NCBI GenBank assembly: GCA_051294905.1
Contig: CM119372.1
Location: 33,358,001 to 33,422,000, forward strand
Direction of reading: 5' to 3'
Length of the DNA: 64,000 nucleotides
Source: Botryllus schlosseri
Lineage: Eukaryota
The notes below the pieces were generated by a model, which saw only the letters and a list, made by a program, of their open reading frames with translations, made no database searches and had not been told where the DNA came from. This document shows positions 58,701 through 64,000 of the stretch, in pieces (position 1 is the first letter of the stretch; each line of letters begins with the position of its first letter). The translations under genes were made by a program, and so were the position numbers.

Positions 58701-61631
58701 CACCCTTTGGGTTTACATCATACTTTTCATTCGGTCAAAGGCAATTTAACGGCCATTTCTGACCAGCTTGCCCAGCGCTAGCTTTAATAAAATGGTTATT
58801 AATGGAAAGCTGCTACTCTACTGATTACGAAAATATCAATTTTACTCTCGTTCGTGGCCCTAGAACCCCAAAAATCATCCTCAAATTTTCCATTGTGACA
58901 CAATTCTGTCGGGTAAAACGAGAGTGCAGCTCAAGAGAAACAACCTGACACGTCAAAGAGACAATCTCCATCGCAAGGCTAAATTTGAGGCTGGATTTTT
59001 TGGGGTGGGGTGTCCAAGGGCTATGAGCAGAATGAAATTAACGTTTTCGCAATCAGTACAGCTTTCCATTGATCACCACTTTATTAAAATTAGCGCTCGG
59101 CAAGCCTGTCCAAATGGACGTAAGATTGAAATGACGGTAAAATCCCAGCTACCTGTAACGGTAAACCTAGACCTCAGGTGTAGTGAGATTCATGAAGCAC
59201 TTTCTAATAACAAGTAGTGGCTGGAGCAGATTGTTTCTGGCAAAAAAGTATTCCAATCAAAGTAACAATATAGCATTATCTATTGGGAGAGGCTATACCA
59301 GTGCTAGCGGACTGAAGCAACTGCAAAAACCACAACACCAGGTTCTCCGTATCATAGTCAGGGCCCCAAAGTGGCCGGGATGTGTATCAAGCAAATCACT
59401 GCTCAAAATATTCTAAATATAAAAGATATGCGGAAACTAGAAATAACAAAGTTTATTTATCAGTGCCACTGCCCCGAAAACGGTAATAAATTCTCCACCT
59501 CGGTATCAAATATGCACGGCAAACGCGCGTCCACGTCGTCCAACTACCACATGGTAGACAAAAAAGATCATCGCTCTATCAAATATGCCGGACCCAATTT
59601 GTAGGACAATATCTTTCCGGCTATCCGACATTCATCGAGCATGTCCTGTTCACATTCAAGTCGAAATACAAAGAATAAATCCTGGTCAGCCTCTAGTTTA
59701 TCGGATCACGACGTGATATATCGATCTCGCCTTCCAACACTAGCCGCTTTTTTGTCTCCCGTCCGTTTGTAATGTCTTCTTTTACTTTTCATTCAGTGTG
59801 CATGCCTCCTTTTTACATCGAATAAGCCAGGTTGGGGTCTGATTTCGAAGAATACTCCAAGTCGTTTTGAAACCTTCCTATCTTTCATTGTATCGCAGTC
59901 TCGTGGAGAATTAAAAGACGAAATTATTAGCAGTAAGATGAATTGCATATGATATGCCGAAACTCATATAAATACAAACGAAGTATGCAAAAAAACGCTT
60001 TTTAATCTAATTTTTCGACCGTGCTTATTTTTGGGTCCAAGTCGCTGGCAACCCTGCCTATAGAACAGGGTATTTCTCATACGCCAGGGTATCGCAGTCG
60101 AGGGTGTGAATGCTATCACCTAGTGAACATATGGGTTTACGCAATCAAGAAAATGATTATGCGTGTACTAATCGGCACCCATAAATTAGAAAAGGCGTCA
60201 CCAACACGAGGTTCGCGACAATATATATTTTGCGACCGCGATCTGATTTGACATTAGGAAAGAATGCTAAGTAAAGCATTTTGAAATGCTGAAATTGAGT
60301 GTGTTGTTTTTGTTTCAAAGTAAGCTATTCGCCTGTGCCTAACATCACTGTTCTTCACTAGGTGAAACTGCGTCAGCGGCGGCAACAGCATTCCATCCAG
60401 AGAGAATGAGCTGATATGAATGGGCATATTGCCTTGACGTGCAATGGCTCAGACACTGCCATTACCGAAATGCTTAGAAAACTGCCCAGGGCTTCCCTCG
60501 TTTCAATATGACTTGTAGAATCAGTACCGGCTAGCCATTATGGTTTGTGTTCGTGTTTACAATGAACCAATTTCTAAAGTTCCACTCGACACAAACTAGA
60601 ACATTTCAAATGGACTCGCTACTCCTAAATGATATAGCCTTAGAATTATTACAAATTGCAAAGTATTGAAAATATTGCCACACCTGTATTTAGCGAACAG
60701 CTGAATTCCATTATTTGTGACCATGTTGATTTTCAACTCCACGCCCCCTTCCTTTGTCAGCTGGTACATGGACTCAAGTCCTGAAGAAAATCACAATATA
60801 CGTTGGGACGACTTGCATAAATATATCCCTGTTATAATTTTTCCTGAACATATGAAGGTATTTATATGCATCAGGCGAATGATACTGCTTTATGAAAGCA
60901 ATTATTCCGTAGTTACACATACCAAGCCAAAAATCGCCTTGTAAATTCCCAAATCCAGTAGCGTAATCAGCCCAGTTTCGAAGAAAATCAACGTCGCCGA
61001 TCATTCTCCGTTGGAATACCTAGATGGATGCCGCACCCATTAGCCTATATGTCTTATATAATGTGAGTTTAGCCTGAACTCACTAGCCAATTTCCACCTT
61101 CATCGAGAACGTCGCAATAAACTTTAATAAGCCCAATAAAAGGTATGTACAACTTGAATACTCCACCGGATTCGTTTCGTACAGATGCGTATTCAAGTTC
61201 TACGCCAGCACAGTCGATCCGATTGAACATTTCAACGACTATATGAAATAAAACATGAATTATACTGAAGTTACTACACGCATAATAATGCATCTTAGTG
61301 ACGATATCATACCTTTCCTTATTTTGCTATCGATGCTGTATTCGACGGCTGTCATGTTAACTTCTCCCTTTAGTCCCCGAGGCCCGACCGGCCCAACTCG
61401 CCCCTTCGGCCCGATATCACCAGGTCTGCCAACGGGTCCTTTAGGTCCCGGGTCACCGCGAGCTCCACGGGGTCCAGCCTTGCCGACCCTAGTCACCACA
61501 CCATTCGTAATACCCGTATTTGCCGAACACCATTGGTCACATTGATCACAGACAATTCCTTTGAAATACGATGATGCAGCGAATGCACTGCACACATATG
61601 CAAACAGCAGGGTCAATTTGAAAAGTTCCAT
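49713..61631 (-). CDS. FCN: Ficolin (signal peptide + Cys-rich N-terminus + collagen + fibrinogen-like domain), 326 aa; complement(join(49713-50025,60684-60780,60923-61019,61084-61238,61313-61631))
   Basis: GT-AG introns with compatible phases (1,0,1,2); 981 nt open. 14 Gly-X-Y triplets. FBG motifs [52 protein letters not shown], GAWWYxxCxxSNLNG, EMK. Last intron is ~10.7 kb of transposons. The symbol is family-level; no orthology is implied. Confidence 0.93.
51110..51165 (+). pseudogene. 5'-truncated tRNA-Leu retropseudogene
   Basis: GGT-TCGAGTC-ACCAG, long variable arm, GTGGGTTCGAATCCCAT, CGCTGCCA, TCA; matches the 3' two-thirds of animal tRNA-Leu(NAG); flanked by direct repeat CGCCAGGA (51102-51109, 51166-51173). 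Confidence 0.75.
51285..53036 (+). CDS. RTE-type reverse transcriptase reading frame (linker + RT + C-terminus; endonuclease and true start lost by truncation)
   Basis: [76 protein letters not shown]; in-frame stop at 51252 upstream, so no APE domain here. Confidence 0.9.
   Translation: MPLLGIALSVEKELEAGRSRAAWKAIGELVGFKRTRVKACTEDLAAHFETLLSTPAPDIDVLVAPPSLAANPLAINTTLITLGELKTAMSGVPQFKATGTDGIPTAAYTSGVAPVLLDVMNGVLEGGPVPPEWLESEIVPIYKKGAASDPANYRGISLMQTAAKLFDRVLLLRIRQQLSTKLLNAQNGFRPSRGTTEHILALRTIIDTCRSHKKNVVAVFVDFAKAFDSVSRPAMAEILRFYGIPEVITYAIMALYTDTRARVRTDDGPSGDFNTSAAVLQGDTLAPFLFVVILDFVLRTAFPDTTNFFEWRPRQGTRTRTTREAIHVGVLAYADDLALLAPNTASAQRLINQLEAAAALVGLQINAKKTEVLAIPALPANATPIQLGDIDLKYVTSFVYLGIDVADSGKALKARRAKAWGAARRLHSLFHSSASTQLKTRIFRATVEQVLLYGIEALTLTEKLAKTLNANYDALLRYALGIHHPEHISTNALRKLTKTVPCRLLAAERRLRLIGHLVRHQDDQPAAAIINHIPTEPWRRGGWNRTTWRSTIETELAQCGLSLEDAHDRPRWRRLIRAENSLS
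51285..53097 (+). mobile_element. Young 5'-truncated RTE-clade non-LTR retrotransposon
   Basis: 10-bp TSD TATTAGGCAA (51275-51284, 53098-53107); short 3' UTR; (TA)n tail; uninterrupted RT frame. Confidence 0.92.
53654..54332. mobile_element. (ATTAGA)n-family MITE, relative of 27760-29023
   Basis: CAGTATTGGACAACT...GTTGTCCAGGTCTG; TSD CACGCTAG/TGCGCTAG; shared interior CTGCTTGGCACTGGATTT...CTCGCTGCAAAATGCG. Confidence 0.85.
55127..55628. mobile_element. hAT-type MITE with ATCCGA subterminal repeats; partial copy at ~46851
   Basis: CAGCGATGAGCA...TGCTCATCACTG; TSD GGATCGAA/GGATCGAG. Confidence 0.85.
55748..56699 (-). mobile_element. GACTCGAGTC-family MITE, copy 4 (inverted)
   Basis: TIRs present; perfect TSD TTGTGCGC. 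Confidence 0.95.
57032..58148. mobile_element. hAT (Buster-like) MITE, uninterrupted
   Basis: TIR CAGAGGTCTCAAAC/GTTTGAGACCTCTG; perfect TSD CTGTACAA. Confidence 0.92.
59250..59905 (+). pseudogene. Degraded CR1/L2-group LINE ORF2 C-terminus + 3' UTR, inside a CAGGGTTGCCA-ended element (58400-60056)
   Basis: Frameshifted [49 protein letters not shown] are typical of CR1/L2-type ORF2 tails. Confidence 0.7.
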
Positions 61632-62493
61632 AAAATATTCAAGTGTATACAGGCCTGAGGGTCAATCAATGATAGTATTATAGCTTCAAATAGGAGAATG
61701 GTAACATACAATTCGGTATTGACTATGAAGTTTAAGATATCACATGACAACGTGATGAACCATGCCACTCGTATATGCGAACCTTAATTTGTACTGACCG
61801 CGGTTGGTAACAATGTAGGTCCTGGCCTTCACTGCTCTGGAACAAACCAAGTTCCATAAAACGCTATTTCCTAGAATTTATTCAAGTTACAATCGGTGCT
61901 CATGGGCAGAATCCCCGTGACACGAAAGAAGATCTGGATACAGGCGATCAATTGTTGTCAAAATACATCTTGAATCATTACACCTGTTGATATCTGCTAT
62001 CTGCGGCTATGTTAATGATGAGTGGGCTCGACAAATTAAAATCCACAGTGGTCGTTTTCAGACTCTACACGTTCTTAAATACGTTTCGAAACACGCATCA
62101 GTCTCATTTTTATTTTGCAACGTTGGATCGGATTGTCACAAACACATGTTCATGTTCATCGATTCGCGAGAATAACAAAGAAATCTGAAATTTGCTGACA
62201 TCTGAAAATTCATGATCCACAAAAACATGTTTTCACGAGTATGATGAGTTGATCACCGATGATAAGTGGTATTCATTACCGTTATTACTTGACATCCAGT
62301 GAAAATTAGTCAGAACGACTACGTTGGGCCTTGAGTGGCCTATCAGTTATTTTCGACTAACTGTCGAAAAGACCATTCTTATTATGTAAGCATTTATAAC
62401 CAGGTTAAAAAGCTAATGAAAAAGTCAGTCGTTCTCCGCTACCAACTACTTGAAACATATGAATGGATACGCAGTAGGCCTACACAATATCGA

Positions 62494-62675
62494 CAAGATA
62501 GCGTAATGGTGGAGCGTCCGGCTTCTTGATCGGTCGGTCGGGGGTTTGATCCCCGGCCGGGCCAGACCTGAGACCTGATTAGTAACAAAGGTATCTATAA
62601 CTTCCCTGCTTGGCGCTCATGCATTACTGGGATAGCATGGAGGGGTGGTGCAAGACTTAGAAAGCCGTTAAAGGC
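62494..62675 (+). mobile_element. tRNA-derived SINE (family B) upstream of the ficolin gene
   Basis: A box TAGCGTAATGG, B box GGTTTGATCCCC, body shared with 41064-41260. Confidence 0.75.
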
Positions 62676-64000
62676 TATATTTGCACCTTCCTTGTCCAGC
62701 GGCATATGCACATCATGCACTCATGGTATGCATATATGCACAGATCGTGTGTATGTGTATCATGAGTCGGTGCGTATGCCGCAAAAACATCAAGGACAAA
62801 ATAAACTACGTCCTTTCCTTTCCATATACAATATGACTTCATAGTGAGGGATTTATAAGGCATTTATCACTAGATATTTGATAAGCTTACCTAAAACACC
62901 TGCCGTAAAATAACTAGACTTCGCTTCCCTCGCATCATACTGTGTTACCCTCAAAGGTGTCCCCGAAACTTGCGTAAATTGTCACGACTACCGTAAAATC
63001 TCGCTCTTGATGTACATTACTGCCTTCAAGCAGGAAACTATAATTAGGAGAAAATTACTCAGACAGACATCGTTAATTTAAATTTGACCACCCAGTATGA
63101 ATTCAGAACGTCGACGGCTCTGGGCCTGAAAGGTGTTGCGATTAAGTAATCTTAGGCAAGAATATGCCTGTTAACACTAGATTTCCGGTGATCAAGCATT
63201 TATTAATATTATTGATGAGAAGGGGAGTGACGCTTTACGCCTTTAAGGCCAAGTACGTCACGGACTAGAATGTGCGGGTGGTATACCAAATATGTAGGCA
63301 AGAACCCATTTACAAATACATCAAGCGTCCAACTGCTGTTTCGGGAAAGTTTTCGCAGCATCCGGGGCGTCGGAGAGTGGGAGCTCAAGTGCGGTCAAAA
63401 CTTATTTCGTGAATCAACATAAAGTACGGTAGTTTTTGCAAGTTTACTCAACTACAATTTTTTTTAGGTTACTTGATTCCAAATTGGGCTCCCCAAAACC
63501 ATAACTATAAACATTAGGAGTAGGAAATATAGCCAAAATTTTCAGAAAATTATGAATGACGCGATTTCGAGTCATTTCAGTTTGGTATTCTCATCAATAA
63601 CATCCACTGCACGGTGGGAAGCAGTCGAACCGGTTTGAATTGTCTATTAATCACAAATCCAGGGTTGTAACCAAGTCACACGGTTCCGAGTCACAAGTCA
63701 ATCTCACTTTTAAAGTTTTGACTCGAGTCAAGTCGAGTCATTTTCAATTCACCACCGAGTAAATTCTCGTGGGACCGTAATCTGCCTGGTGCAAATATTA
63801 ACTGTAGGCTAATGATACATAGCAACAAAATGCCTTTTCAAAAAGTATCATCATACTATTTATGTATAAATGGGGCGGACTTTTATTATTTTAAAGCGAA
63901 TTCTGTAGCTGCATTTCTTGAAATACGGAATCGTGTCTTGAAAATTGGCATCTGCGATTTAATATGAACGAGAGCCGTAAATCCATTTTCGCCCACTTAG

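Overview
Eukaryotic (animal) genomic DNA, AT-rich and dominated by transposon relics. The ~60-nt GT-AG introns, a collagen+fibrinogen ficolin, TTAGGG-like repeats and the MITE/SINE landscape suggest an invertebrate chordate such as an ascidian; this is an inference, not an identification. Most short ORFs in the supplied track are spurious. Host genes I can reconstruct by splice phase or ORF: (1) the 3' end of an unknown + strand gene at the window start; (2) a 5-coding-exon, ~349-aa probably secreted NIDO-like protein (20794-33074, +); (3) an intronless class A GPCR (45344-46414, -); (4) a 5-exon, 326-aa ficolin (49713-61631, -). The rest is a heavily nested set of hAT-type non-autonomous elements with recoverable 8-bp TSDs, tRNA-derived SINEs, a young 5'-truncated RTE-clade LINE, CR1/L2-type relics, and a Penelope-like element with two identical minimal hammerhead-ribozyme motifs that is interrupted by a palindromic telomere-repeat MITE. 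I see no demonstrably new biological system. The best leads are the U3-A8 hammerhead pair, two different MITEs at the same nucleotide of two neighbouring SINEs, a TSD-flanked tRNA-Leu retrocopy with possible RNA-modification scars, the NIDO-only protein and the ficolin-3-like ligand site.
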